DNA from: Armatimonadota bacterium
Lineage (GTDB): Bacteria > Armatimonadota > UBA5829 > DSUL01
Assembly: GCA_039811685.1 (NCBI GenBank)
Contig: JBDHZC010000006.1
Coordinates: 32,001-96,000, forward strand
DNA: 64,000 nucleotides
Direction: 5' to 3'
The position numbers and the translations under genes are program-made. The notes below the pieces were generated by a model that saw only the letters and a list, made by a program, of their open reading frames with translations, was not told where the DNA came from and made no database searches. Positions 1 to 10,297 of this stretch are shown piece by piece (position 1 is the first letter of the stretch; the number at the start of each line of letters is the position of its first letter).

Positions 1-629
1 CGCGCTCCACCAGCGGCAAAGTCGTAGGCGCCAAAAAAGACACTGTCAACGCCGCACGCGGCGTTGCTGAAAGCTCCACCAGATCCGCCGCCATAGTCAA
101 TCCACAACTGCGTCCCGCTGTCCACGAGCTTGCGCAGAACATCCCGCTGCTCAGGATTGAGCTGAACACTCACACCCGAAGGAATGGGCAGATAAACAAG
201 GTCGAACTGAAGCAAACGCGACAGCGTGACTTCGTCCAGCTTCACGTCCCAGTACCACGCCTGGTCTTTGGTGACTCGCGGCGGCGTATTCAGACTCGAG
301 AGGCCATAGCGTGCAGCGATACGGGCGGTGATCAGCGTCGGAGCCAGCGGGTTGACCAGATCCCAGCCAGCGGGCTTGATGTCTGTGCGCTGATCGAGTA
401 CCGCAAACATTCCAGCGTTCCACTCTGCCGGAGAGTAGCCGCCCTGTGCCCGCGTGTTGTCCACAGTCGGCAGAAGCAGTGTACAGACCTTTATGGTTTT
501 GCGCCCCTGGGAATAGACGTAGCTGGCTGCGTGCAAGGGTGTACAGGCCACCAGAGCGAACGCGCTCACCACTACCGCGACGCAACACGCATAGAGATTT
601 TGCATCTTTGCTTTGTTCAGTCCAAACAT
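1..629 (-). CDS. Secreted protein, 5' part only (runs off left edge); DUF4159-like N-terminal region; probably continues the pilus operon
   Basis: Not in the ORF track because there is no stop in the window. My translation from ATG 629 (or 605) stays open to base 1: MFGLNKAKMQNLYACCVAVVVSAFALVACTPLHAASYVYSQ...LNPEQRDVLRKLVDSGTQLWID. Hydrophobic signal peptide; the last motif resembles DUF4159-type sequences. Confidence 0.7.
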   Translation of the reverse strand, partial: MFGLNKAKMQNLYACCVAVVVSAFALVACTPLHAASYVYSQGRKTIKVCTLLLPTVDNTRAQGGYSPAEWNAGMFAVLDQRTDIKPAGWDLVNPLAPTLITARIAARYGLSSLNTPPRVTKDQAWYWDVKLDEVTLSRLLQFDLVYLPIPSGVSVQLNPEQRDVLRKLVDSGTQLWIDYGGGSGGAFSNAACGVDSVFFGAYDFAAGGA

Positions 630-869
630 CAGGTGAAATTTTCTTCCCAGACGCACCAGGCTCACTTACTTATCATGAGACGCTGTGGAGTCACACTTTG
701 TTCGAATTTGGCGCTCAACAGCGCCCCTTGTCGCCCCTATACGTTGGCGGCACAACACGCCTATCCAACTTATGTTACCGCCTTGCTGTCAGAGGGCGGA
801 GCGTGCTGGCCAGCGCTGTGGCCGTCTCAGCGCCGACATGCGCGCAGCAAGCGCGCTTTGCGCTGCTCT

Positions 870-3515
870 TCAGCTTGAGAGGCGCCCGACGTAGATCAAA
901 TCCTGGGACACAGGCAGCTTTGGCGTAACTGGAAGCGCGCGGCCAAACTGGTCCGTTCGCAGCGGCCCAGCGGGCCCCACGGGAAAGCCGAGATGGGTGT
1001 CGTACAGGAAGGTGATTCCCTCGCCTGAATGCGCCGTGTCCTCACCGCTCGACCCGTACTTAGCTGGAATGTCACTCCACTTGCGCAGCCACGCCTCCAC
1101 ATCGGCTTCCGAGGCAGGGATATTCTCGGCCACCGCCCCGTCAACGGTTATCTTGATGTCAAGAGGTTCTCCGTAGAACGGAAAAGCCGGATTCTTGATA
1201 TACACTGGCCGCACACCGCCGCGACCTGCCATCTGGTCGGGTGTGTCTTCCGGGTTACTGTTGAACCACGGACCCGGAATGACAAAGAATGAGCCGTCCT
1301 GTGCGTACATCAGCGCCTGAATGTTAATGTCCATCGGCAGTACAGCAATCGACTGCAGCATGTAGTCTGCTCGCGTCTGCTCCAGCCCTGTTTGATGAAG
1401 CGCGATCTGCAAAGTGTTCTGAGCGCCCGGAGTTGGGTCAAGCGAGGCCGGACCAGCGCCAAACTGCAACGGAAACACCTGCCCCTCGTACGCAAACGGC
1501 GTCCACTGGGTCGTCGGGTCGCTCATCAGGTAGTTGAATGCGCCGCCAAAATCGTAAGCCTGTCCATTGAGAAAGAGGTTGATGCTGGCCGTAGCCCCCG
1601 CGCCAGCCTGCCGGACGAACAGGTGAGACTTGCGCCCGTCACCCCAGGCAGGGTAATCGACTGCCGTATTCAGCCCCGGCGCATTTGAGTACCAATACCC
1701 GAAGCTGAAGTCCGCAGTGAAGTCCGAAGATGCGGCGGATGTCACCCTGATAGCGTACGGCGGGCCAAAATCTCCAAAGGCCGACTCCCAGAGCGGAGAA
1801 GCGAGCGGCGGGAGACTCAAGAACTGAGTCGTATTGACGACAATGTTCTTGCGGGCAAGAAGCGATATTGCAGAGGTATCGCGGTCACCCTTCAGAACAT
1901 TGCCTTCGATGTAGATGTTCTCATTGGAGACTACTGTAAGTTGACGGTTTGGCGCAACGACACCTGAGATGCGAATATTGCCATCCGCATACACCACGCC
2001 GTTGGGTGGGTACGGCATCGTCATGGTCGGCCCGAGGTCTGGCCTCTGGACAAGACGGCCGCCAGACAGCTCGTACCATACGTATTTACGGCCTCCCTTT
2101 ATTGTGTCTGTGCGCGTGATGGTCAACGTCGCATCCGGATTTATGTGAATAACCGCGCCTGGCGGAACATACCGATCCCCCTGCCAGTTGCCTTTGCCGT
2201 CTGGATGTGTCCACTCGGTCTGCAGGGTCTGAACTCCCCCGAACATGGAGCTGCCTGCCTGCTGAGTGTCAGAAGAGTTTCCAATGTAGAGCCCATCACC
2301 CCAGCCGAAGCGTCCGCTGTTTTGGAACCGGTTTCCGAGAGGTACCCACTGACCGGAATCCCGCGTGACACGAAGGAAGCGCTCTACTCCGCTGGCCGGG
2401 TCCTCCTGATCAATGAGTGGTGGCTCCAGACGCTTCACACCTCTGGCGTACCCCTTGGAATCCGGCATATCGGAACCGTCTCTGTAAAGCCCCTGATAGG
2501 TACTGAAGTCCTGAGCGCGCGAGACCAATCCGGGACCGAGTGGTGTGGAAGTCGCACCACTCAGGTAGCGGAACAGCTTGACGTCAGCATTTGCATCCGC
2601 CGTGATCTCTCCAGCAACTTCTACACCGTCCGCTGGCAGAATCTGATTCGCCGCCCCGGAGTCATCAGCGGCCTGGACAGCGCGAAGATACAAATCGACA
2701 TTCCCGCTCCACCGCAGATTGCCATTGACGCGAACTGGAGCGGAGCGCGGCATTCCCGCAATGCGCCCGCCAAGCTGCATCGGCAAGGCTCCTATTGCCT
2801 TGCCCAGCGAAAAAGACTCTGCGCGCTTGCTCTTGTTCGTAATGAAGCGCGCATAATCTGTGATTCCAATAGGTTGATAGGCCGTCAACTCCTGACGCAG
2901 GCGGATGGGGCCGCTGTTGGCAAGTGTTGTCGGATCCGGCTGGCCGGAGCCCTGGAAGTCATTGTCAACGACACCAACGCGACCGATAGACTCAATCTTG
3001 ATGTAGCGGCTCATCGGGTCGCGCGGATCGGGATTGTAGCTGACCTTCAGCAGATAGCGTCCGTTGCCACTGAGAAAACTGGTGAACCCGCCTGTGGGAC
3101 CCGCGCCGGTAGAGGCGTTTTCCGCCACAGCATAAGGACGCAGCCACTGGATATCCGGATTAACCTCGTTCAATGGAGTCTTGGGATCGAGGTTGGCAGG
3201 TGTCGGGCGCCAGTCGGCACCATCCTCGCTGTAAAGCAGCATCTTGTGCGCCAGGCTAATGCCGGCCTCAGCAGCCTGCCTGGCAGTCAAAACGTCTCCG
3301 GATCGGAAAGCGCTCTGCAGGTTCCGGCCGATCATCGTGACGAAAATGGTACCCAGAAACACCAGCACAAACATCACTGACAGGGCAATGATCAGCGACT
3401 GACCGCTGTTGGCGCGCATAAGCCTGCCAGCGATGGCACGTCTGCCGATCTCCGGTACAGAGCCCGCTGAAGGCACACCGCCGCTTCGGCCAGCTTTTGA
3501 TCTTAACTCATACAT
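870..3515 (-). CDS. Large PilX/GspK-like minor pilin (881 aa)
   Basis: Class III signal RANSG^QSLIIALSVMFVLVFLG without Glu5, then the PilX_N-like motif ARQAAEAGISLA; last of a V-W-X series. Alternative start ATG 3419. Confidence 0.75.
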   Translation of the reverse strand: MYELRSKAGRSGGVPSAGSVPEIGRRAIAGRLMRANSGQSLIIALSVMFVLVFLGTIFVTMIGRNLQSAFRSGDVLTARQAAEAGISLAHKMLLYSEDGADWRPTPANLDPKTPLNEVNPDIQWLRPYAVAENASTGAGPTGGFTSFLSGNGRYLLKVSYNPDPRDPMSRYIKIESIGRVGVVDNDFQGSGQPDPTTLANSGPIRLRQELTAYQPIGITDYARFITNKSKRAESFSLGKAIGALPMQLGGRIAGMPRSAPVRVNGNLRWSGNVDLYLRAVQAADDSGAANQILPADGVEVAGEITADANADVKLFRYLSGATSTPLGPGLVSRAQDFSTYQGLYRDGSDMPDSKGYARGVKRLEPPLIDQEDPASGVERFLRVTRDSGQWVPLGNRFQNSGRFGWGDGLYIGNSSDTQQAGSSMFGGVQTLQTEWTHPDGKGNWQGDRYVPPGAVIHINPDATLTITRTDTIKGGRKYVWYELSGGRLVQRPDLGPTMTMPYPPNGVVYADGNIRISGVVAPNRQLTVVSNENIYIEGNVLKGDRDTSAISLLARKNIVVNTTQFLSLPPLASPLWESAFGDFGPPYAIRVTSAASSDFTADFSFGYWYSNAPGLNTAVDYPAWGDGRKSHLFVRQAGAGATASINLFLNGQAYDFGGAFNYLMSDPTTQWTPFAYEGQVFPLQFGAGPASLDPTPGAQNTLQIALHQTGLEQTRADYMLQSIAVLPMDINIQALMYAQDGSFFVIPGPWFNSNPEDTPDQMAGRGGVRPVYIKNPAFPFYGEPLDIKITVDGAVAENIPASEADVEAWLRKWSDIPAKYGSSGEDTAHSGEGITFLYDTHLGFPVGPAGPLRTDQFGRALPVTPKLPVSQDLIYVGRLSS

Positions 3516-3521
3516 AGCGGA

Positions 3522-5267
3522 CTACCTGTGGAAATTCCGGACCAGGACATTATTGGCAAGCGACATCTGTTGCGGCCTGTTCCGATCGTCAAAAATGCGG
3601 TAGGCCACCTCTACCCTCAAGACGTTCTTGGTCACATAATCCGCGCTCAGCATGTCTCCCTGAGCAGTGTCAAACCGCTGATTTGTCTGCACGGAGTACA
3701 GCACCTGAAGCCCATCCCCGTTTTCCGGCATATTTCGGGTGGGTGTCGAATCAAACCGGATCTCTCCGTCCTCAAAGTTGATGGAGAACTGGTTTCCCTT
3801 CGGGTCTTCTGCGAGAGAAGATACCCGCGTATACTGCACCTGGTGACCGTAGTTTGGCCCAGGAGTCCAGTCCGGCCCAAACACCCGCACCGAACCCGGG
3901 ATGATCTTGACAGTGCTGTTGGCCAGATTCAAACCGAACGGCGTAAGACGCACAGTTCGCAGGGCTGCCCCCTCCAGACCGTAAGCAGCGTGGAAATCCG
4001 CGTTGATCCTGGCGATCCTGTCCGGCGTCAGCGTCAAAGGCTCAGCGGGGATATCAAAGGTAACTTCACCTTTGTTCGGGTCCACCAGAAACATCATTTT
4101 CGGCTTGTCATCCGTCAACGTGCCATCGCGCTGATACTGTGTGATGTCAAATACCGCATCGCCAGTGGCCGCATCAATAATAACCACGTCGCCGTTTGTG
4201 TCCTGCGCCGTGTAATAGACAGCCTGCCCCGGCTGGCCAATGTTGCGGTACAGGCGAACCTGATAGCCCGGCGACCAGAGTCCACTGCTGGCGCGGTAGG
4301 TTGTCGGCGGGGCGTTGGGTTCCCCCTCAGCCGCCCGCCCTATCTCTGTGGGCGTCAGCACATCGTTGCGAACTGCGCGCGGCACAAACCGCACAACGGG
4401 ATTGACGATGGGCTGACCGGCAGTATTGAAGTCAATAGTGACCAGGTCAACGTCAGTGACCGGTCCGACGACCTTGGAAACTCGCTTCCAGTTAGCCGAA
4501 AACGTCTCGCCGTTGGGAGCTGCCGCCCTGTCATAGAAGAAATTGGGATCGTGCAGGATGAATCCGCCCGGACCCTGGCGCAACAGAGTCGGATCGTCCG
4601 GGTGGAACTCAGCCCTGTACAGGACGTAACCATTCGCCTGATCGCCCGCCAGGAGCGACCCGCTCCCGCCCCCGGAATACGGTTGGGAAGGGTCTCGCAA
4701 TCCGATAAAGTAGCGCACGATGGTGCTGTCTGGCTCCACCGGAGTAATCGGGCGCGCCTCGACCTGATCGTTGCCTTTGCCGTCCGTATGGGTGTAGGGA
4801 CACACTGGCCATGCGAGATCGCCACGCGGATAATCTCGAGGCTTGTTGGCGGGGTGGCTGGCGGCATCACAGTGCATCATCAGCTTTGGCGGAACCAGGT
4901 CCACCATCGCATAAGGCACAGAAACTACGGTTGGATTTCCATCGCGGTCAACAACCGGCAGATTCAGCGCCTGTCCAGAGTTGTCGTAGACATAAACCGC
5001 GCTCTGAATCTCACGCGTCACGGATTCCAGTGTCTGCCGGGCGCTCTCCTGCGCCAGCACAGTCAGCTGGGTGCGCTTGGTGATAGTAAAACCCTGGATC
5101 AGCGGCGCCATCAGCAGTGTCACGAGAATGGACGTGATAGCGATCACTACCAGAAGCTCGATAAGCGTGAAACCGGCGCTGCGGCGGCTCAGTCTGACGC
5201 GCGGGCAATCCAGACTGGCTTTTGCGCTCCTGCAAGCTCCTTTTGGTTTTGCGGCTGCATACATCAT
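3522..5267 (-). CDS. Large PilW-like minor pilin with prepilin N-methylation motif
   Basis: RRSAG^FTLIELLVVIAITSIL; ATG 5267 overlaps the upstream stop (ATGA). Confidence 0.85.
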   Translation of the reverse strand: MMYAAAKPKGACRSAKASLDCPRVRLSRRSAGFTLIELLVVIAITSILVTLLMAPLIQGFTITKRTQLTVLAQESARQTLESVTREIQSAVYVYDNSGQALNLPVVDRDGNPTVVSVPYAMVDLVPPKLMMHCDAASHPANKPRDYPRGDLAWPVCPYTHTDGKGNDQVEARPITPVEPDSTIVRYFIGLRDPSQPYSGGGSGSLLAGDQANGYVLYRAEFHPDDPTLLRQGPGGFILHDPNFFYDRAAAPNGETFSANWKRVSKVVGPVTDVDLVTIDFNTAGQPIVNPVVRFVPRAVRNDVLTPTEIGRAAEGEPNAPPTTYRASSGLWSPGYQVRLYRNIGQPGQAVYYTAQDTNGDVVIIDAATGDAVFDITQYQRDGTLTDDKPKMMFLVDPNKGEVTFDIPAEPLTLTPDRIARINADFHAAYGLEGAALRTVRLTPFGLNLANSTVKIIPGSVRVFGPDWTPGPNYGHQVQYTRVSSLAEDPKGNQFSINFEDGEIRFDSTPTRNMPENGDGLQVLYSVQTNQRFDTAQGDMLSADYVTKNVLRVEVAYRIFDDRNRPQQMSLANNVLVRNFHR

Positions 5268-6937
5268 TGGGCTGAAACCGTCCTCTGCAGCTCCCCATCC
5301 AGATCGTAATGCTGCCATCTGTTGACGATATTGTTGTTCTGATCTACTCGGCTGCCTTCACTCCAGAGCACCCGCACTTTCAGCGAGACTCCGCGCACAG
5401 CCCGAATTGCGACCGGCGGGTGATTGAGGACAAAGTGGGCGTTGAATCCGGCGGGAAACTGCTGCACCCCGTCATCGGCCCGGTGAACCTCGCCGACAAC
5501 CGTGCGGTCTGTGCCGTTGTCATCCCAGACATAGTCCACGGAAAAGGACTTGGAGGCATCCATCTCGCTGAGGTAGATATCCGCCGTTCCGTCCGGATTG
5601 AAAAACTCTCTGAACGACAGACCGTGATTATCCTGTGAAATGTAGCTTTCGTAGGCTTTCTGGGGCATTACGCGCCAATCGTCTTCGGCGCGGTAATACA
5701 CCCGCAGGCTGCGTCCCGAGATATTGATGGGAGACCCGCCGACGGGCACCACATTGCCGTTGTCCGGAAAGTCAAGAATACCGGCCTGGTAGTTGACGAG
5801 CACGCCGCCGGTTGCGGGAATTACCTCACCAGTGTCCTCATCCACAATGAGCATATCAGTTTGGCCGACAGGGCCTGCGCCCGGAGCAATCCCGTCGTAC
5901 AGCGTTCCGTCGTCAGCCATCGTGACGCCAAGCTGCTTGATGCGTCTCAGCGTCGTGCGCACGCGGAACGGCGCCTGGTTGGGAACCTGCAGGGTCTCGG
6001 AGATGATGCCCCAGTCGTACACGGTGTAGTCGATCCGCGCTGTCAGGTCCTCAACTCCGCGCGGCGTATTCTCTTTGTAGGCGTACCCAACCGGGTTGAA
6101 CGCCAGGCGTCCGGTAAGCGGATCCAGAACTTTGTATTCGTAAGGGTCGCTCGTGCTCCAGCCAGGCGTGCCAGTTACGTCCAGAAATGCCCGGGAGACT
6201 TTGTCGCTGCGGCCGTCTATGTACGAAAAGTTCGCTACATCGGACACCGGATTCCCATTGGCGTCCGGGATTGGCAGCCAGCCGGCGCCGGCGGGCACGT
6301 GGACGTTTACGCTGGTGACGGTAACGAGACGACGCCTTTTACTGTTATCTACTGTCCAGTAAGAATAGGACAGCGAATAGTCCGCGTCCTGACTCTTTGC
6401 CCTGAAGCAGATCATCGCGTTGTCGTAGTCAATGGCGTACTGCGTGATGCTCAGGAAGGTCCATGGCTGGATATCCACATCCTCGGAATCGAAACGCCTG
6501 CGCTGCATTGAGGCGGAGTAAACAGCGTCAATTCCCGAGATTGGCGAGAAAGCAACCGTGTAGATGGAGCCGGTAATCGTCCCCTTCACGCCCTCGCTGA
6601 GCTGAGGGCCGGGAATCTTTACTGTTTCACCGATCACCTTGCGGATGTTGTAGATGTTGTCTGTGTTCAGCGGCGGCCCAGGCACTGTGTTTATGCCGGT
6701 GACCGTCGTCAGGCCCGAAGGCATGGTGTCTGAGCGAGCCCTGAGCCGCTCGAACTCCTTCTCAGCCAGGCGCGAGGCAAAGGTGTAGTTCTCGCCACGG
6801 CGCAGCACAACATAGCCGCCAGAGAACATCCGTGAGACAGAGAGAATGCCCACAGCTATGATCACCAGCGTCACCAACACCTCGATGAGTGAGGTCCCGC
6901 GCCTGTTTTTGAGAAGTGTTGACATTGAGCCTTTCAC
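5264..6937 (-). CDS. Large PilV-like minor pilin with prepilin N-methylation motif
   Basis: RRG^TSLIEVLVTLVIIAVGILSV, a PilV-type N-terminus. Confidence 0.85.
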   Translation of the reverse strand: MKGSMSTLLKNRRGTSLIEVLVTLVIIAVGILSVSRMFSGGYVVLRRGENYTFASRLAEKEFERLRARSDTMPSGLTTVTGINTVPGPPLNTDNIYNIRKVIGETVKIPGPQLSEGVKGTITGSIYTVAFSPISGIDAVYSASMQRRRFDSEDVDIQPWTFLSITQYAIDYDNAMICFRAKSQDADYSLSYSYWTVDNSKRRRLVTVTSVNVHVPAGAGWLPIPDANGNPVSDVANFSYIDGRSDKVSRAFLDVTGTPGWSTSDPYEYKVLDPLTGRLAFNPVGYAYKENTPRGVEDLTARIDYTVYDWGIISETLQVPNQAPFRVRTTLRRIKQLGVTMADDGTLYDGIAPGAGPVGQTDMLIVDEDTGEVIPATGGVLVNYQAGILDFPDNGNVVPVGGSPINISGRSLRVYYRAEDDWRVMPQKAYESYISQDNHGLSFREFFNPDGTADIYLSEMDASKSFSVDYVWDDNGTDRTVVGEVHRADDGVQQFPAGFNAHFVLNHPPVAIRAVRGVSLKVRVLWSEGSRVDQNNNIVNRWQHYDLDGELQRTVSAQ

Positions 6938-6952
6938 CCGTTTACTGCGGAT

Positions 6953-7717
6953 TTACTGAGGCTTAATCGTGTAGGGATAATTCCAGGCTGTGCTCACGCC
7001 ATTCGGGTACATTTTGTCCGACGGGATGCGCACTACCGAGCCATTAAGCAGCAACACCAGGTCCAGACCCTTGCCCGGCTCCTGACTGCCGTCACGATGA
7101 TAGGAACACCAGGTGACGACGGTATCGGCTGGCGGGTTGCGAAACTTGAGCTGGCGCTGGAAAGTCAGAACCAGATCTGCCGCCGGGATATTCGGATTAA
7201 TCGCGGCGACATCCTCCGGTTTATCCGCCCAGGACAGCGTATAGCGCGGCAGTGCTGTCGCGCCAGCGCTGGCTGGCATGTAGTTCGGAATCTGCGAATC
7301 GTAGCTGTCGTAGGCGTAGAGCATGGCGCCCTGCGGCCTCTGGATAGCGATCAGTGAGGAACCGGCGAGCGGGTCTTTGAACGCCATCGTCTTGTCCGTG
7401 AAGCGTGAACGCGGACACGAAAAAATCTTGTAGTCTCCTTTTGTGTATTCGCCAAAGAGAAATCCACTGCGAATAGTGTCAAAGGATCGCCCGGACTCTA
7501 CAAACCCACCAAGCACTGGCGGATAGCGGTTGTTATCGTTATGGTAAAGCTGAAGGGACGTTTGAAGCTGACTCATGTTGGTGATACACTGAGTCTTCAA
7601 TGCGTTGGCCTTCGCCACGTTCATAACAGGGAAGATGATTGCCGCTAGTATCCCGATGATGGCGATAACTGTCAGCAGCTCGATAAGTGTAAAGCCTGAT
7701 CTGTTTGTCATTTTCAC
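6953..7717 (-). CDS. Type IV pilin / pseudopilin-like protein
   Basis: RSG^FTLIELLTVIAIIGILAAIIFPV followed by C-x-x-N-M-x-Q-L; C-terminal WCSYH...LVLLLNGSV resembles a degenerate H-X9-DG motif; RBS GGGGAGG. Confidence 0.85.
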   Translation of the reverse strand: MKMTNRSGFTLIELLTVIAIIGILAAIIFPVMNVAKANALKTQCITNMSQLQTSLQLYHNDNNRYPPVLGGFVESGRSFDTIRSGFLFGEYTKGDYKIFSCPRSRFTDKTMAFKDPLAGSSLIAIQRPQGAMLYAYDSYDSQIPNYMPASAGATALPRYTLSWADKPEDVAAINPNIPAADLVLTFQRQLKFRNPPADTVVTWCSYHRDGSQEPGKGLDLVLLLNGSVVRIPSDKMYPNGVSTAWNYPYTIKPQ

Positions 7718-7992
7718 GACTCTGATTCCCTCCCCTGAAGCCGACCTGCGCCCGGCGGGCCCTGCCGCCTATTAGACGCGCCTGACAACTTCAATGGGAC
7801 CTTCCTCTCTTTGCGCTGCGTTTCGGATCGCGAAACAGGGGTTGGCTGACTGAGGGATCGGCGCCTCCCTGGGCCTGACGCAGTCTGATCGTAGCGGACA
7901 AATACCTGCTATCAGAGTTTTCCACGTCTAACATACCTGACTGCAAAACGCTGCATCGTGTTCCCATAGACAAGCCCCGTCGCCTGCAAGCG

Positions 7993-8862
7993 CTATCTCA
8001 GGCCAGCGTATCCCAGCCACCAGTTTACCACCTGCCTGCCGAAGAAAATCATAACGATGGCGCCAACGACCAACATTGGCCCAAAAGGGATGTAGTCCAT
8101 CCGCTCACGCTTTCCGAGCACAATGAGCGGTATGCCAATCACAGTGCCGATTGCCGCCCCTATCAGGAAAGACACGATGCCCCAGGTTGCCCCAATGTTG
8201 GCCCCGATTGCCGCAGCGAGCTTGACGTCACCCCCGCCCATCGCCTCTTTCTTGAAGCCGATTTCCCCCAGAATTCCCACCAGGAGAACTGCCCCGCCAT
8301 AAACAACAAAGCCGAGAAGCGCATGGGGAACGGGTAGCTCCCAGCCTCCTGTAAACGGAACAGTCAGGTAGAGTAGATCGTTCCACGGGTAGCTCTTCCA
8401 CCCCAGGGCAAGGCCAATTCCTTCCGCCAGAAAGCCGACAGCCGCCATAAAAATCCAGAGTTGATCTGGAATGATATAGTGTTCGAGATCAATAGCAAAG
8501 ACGGCGATAAGCGCGGAGATTACGGCAGCGTACTGGAAAAACTCCAGACTCCACCCAAACCGGTACCACACCGCGATCCAGAGCAGACCCGTAAATAACT
8601 CTATCCAGAAGTAGCGTGAAGAGATGCGAGCGCCACAGTTGCGACAGCGCCCGCGGTAGATCAGCCACGAAATCAGCGGGATGTTGTCCCACGCTCGCAG
8701 CGTATAGCCACAGACCGTGCAGTGTGAGGGCGGACGGACAACAGATTCATCCCGTGGCAGACGCCAGATGAGGACGTTCAGAAAGCTTCCGACAATAGAG
8801 CCATAGACAAAGACTATGGCCACCGATAACCAATCTGGCAAATACACCTCCCCACCAGACAC
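7993..8862 (-). CDS. pilD: Prepilin peptidase / N-methyltransferase
   Basis: GSFLNVLIWRLP, two CxxC pairs, IDLEH and MGGGDVKL catalytic Asp motifs, IPFGP. Confidence 0.95.
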   Translation of the reverse strand: MSGGEVYLPDWLSVAIVFVYGSIVGSFLNVLIWRLPRDESVVRPPSHCTVCGYTLRAWDNIPLISWLIYRGRCRNCGARISSRYFWIELFTGLLWIAVWYRFGWSLEFFQYAAVISALIAVFAIDLEHYIIPDQLWIFMAAVGFLAEGIGLALGWKSYPWNDLLYLTVPFTGGWELPVPHALLGFVVYGGAVLLVGILGEIGFKKEAMGGGDVKLAAAIGANIGATWGIVSFLIGAAIGTVIGIPLIVLGKRERMDYIPFGPMLVVGAIVMIFFGRQVVNWWLGYAGLR

Positions 8863-8947
8863 TGCGCAGCGCGACTCAATCCCGCAGTGAGCTTTTGGCG
8901 AAGCCTGCCGCGACTCCTGCCCGGCAAACTCACCTCCGCAGGAAAAC

Positions 8948-8976
8948 CAGGCCCGAAAGCAAAGCTTCCGGGCCTG
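8948..8976 (-). terminator. Stem-loop between pilC and pilD (weak intrinsic terminator or mRNA-stabilising hairpin)
   Basis: Near-perfect inverted repeat CAGGCCCGAAAGC-AAA-GCTTCCGGGCCTG; only GTTTT follows on the minus strand. Confidence 0.4.
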
Positions 8977-9061
8977 AACAAAGACCAGAGGGCTACCCGA
9001 CTTGCGCCTGGCGCTTTATCTGGTTACGCCAGCGCCGCGCGCCTGACCCTGGACAGACTAT

Positions 9062-10294
9062 TTACTCGCCGCCACCACCGGAATCTCCACCGGACAGAGA
9101 GTTGACCACAGAGACCAGCGGCAGGAAGATTGAAATGACGATAAAGCCGACGGCAAAACCTAGAAATACGATCAGGACAGGCTCAATCGCGGCTGTCAGG
9201 CTGTCCAGCGCGGCGTCAACCTCCGCCTCGTAGAAGTCCGCAACCTTCGCAAGCATTGGGTCAAGCGACCCAGACTCTTCACCAATAGTGATCATCTGCA
9301 CGACCATCGGAGGAAAGAGCTTGCTCTTCTGGAGAGGCTCGCCGATGCGGTCCCCTTCGCGGATTCTCGCGCGCGCGTTGAGAATCGCCTCTGAAATGAT
9401 GTCGTTTGCCACCGTTCCGGCGACTGTTTCAAGAGCCGACAGAATGGGCACACCGCTGGCCAGCAGAGTGCCAAGAGTCCGCGAGAAGCGCGCCAGAGCA
9501 ATCTTGTGATTGAGCTTGCCGAATACCGGCGCTTTCAGCTTGAAACGGTCGTAACTGCGCCTGCCAACATCCGTCTTGACAAATGCACGAAACGCAATAA
9601 CAAAGATGACAGTGCCCGCGATCATGATGTACCACTTGCTGGTGAGGAAGTGGCTGAATCCCATCAGCAGCATTGTGGGAAGCGGGAAGTCCTTCACTCC
9701 CAGATCCTTGAACAGATCCATGAACTTTGGCAGAATGAAGGTCACCAGTCCGATCACGATGGACACCGCCACAATCATGACGATGACCGGATAGGTCATA
9801 GCCGACTTGACCTTACGCCGCAATTCCTGGTCTTTTTCAAGGAACGACGACAGTCTCTGAAGAGACTCTTCGAGGACGCCACCGATCTCCCCCGCGTGCA
9901 CCAGACCGATAAACAGATTGTTGAAGGTGTTCGGGAAGCGGCCAAGCGCGCGCGACAGGCTCTGCCCCGCCTCAACCTCCGCCTGTATCTCCCCGATCAT
10001 CTTCTTAAAGCGTGGGTTGACTGTCTGTTCCTGCAGAACTGCCAGACATCGCACAAGCGAGACGCCAGCGTCAATCATGGTTGAAAACTGCCGGCAAAAC
10101 ATTGACAACTCGTTGAGCTTGACCCTGGCAGAGCGGCTGGCGCTCTTCTTTGCGGACTTGGTCTGCTTGATCTCCAGGACCTGGAACCCCTGCTCGCCAA
10201 GGCGCTTTCTGAGGATTGCCTCACCTTCGGCTTCCGAGGTCCCTTTTCGAGTTACACCCTCTTCGTCTCTAACAGTGTAGGCGTAGGCAGGCAC
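9062..10294 (-). CDS. pilC: Type IV pilus inner-membrane platform protein (GspF family)
   Basis: FCRQFSTMIDAGVSL, AGEIGGVL, SAMTYP, GEESGSLD, IEP; three TM segments. Confidence 0.95.
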   Translation of the reverse strand: MPAYAYTVRDEEGVTRKGTSEAEGEAILRKRLGEQGFQVLEIKQTKSAKKSASRSARVKLNELSMFCRQFSTMIDAGVSLVRCLAVLQEQTVNPRFKKMIGEIQAEVEAGQSLSRALGRFPNTFNNLFIGLVHAGEIGGVLEESLQRLSSFLEKDQELRRKVKSAMTYPVIVMIVAVSIVIGLVTFILPKFMDLFKDLGVKDFPLPTMLLMGFSHFLTSKWYIMIAGTVIFVIAFRAFVKTDVGRRSYDRFKLKAPVFGKLNHKIALARFSRTLGTLLASGVPILSALETVAGTVANDIISEAILNARARIREGDRIGEPLQKSKLFPPMVVQMITIGEESGSLDPMLAKVADFYEAEVDAALDSLTAAIEPVLIVFLGFAVGFIVISIFLPLVSVVNSLSGGDSGGGGE

Positions 10295-10297
10295 GGT

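Noticed and set aside
2145..5309. Long plus-strand ORFs (2145..3380, 3528..5309) and similar antisense ORFs elsewhere (12230..13342, 25227..26201, 50163..51212, 52969..54024, 55072..56007)
   Set aside because: They overlap well-supported genes on the opposite strand and have no motifs; typical shadow ORFs of GC-rich DNA.
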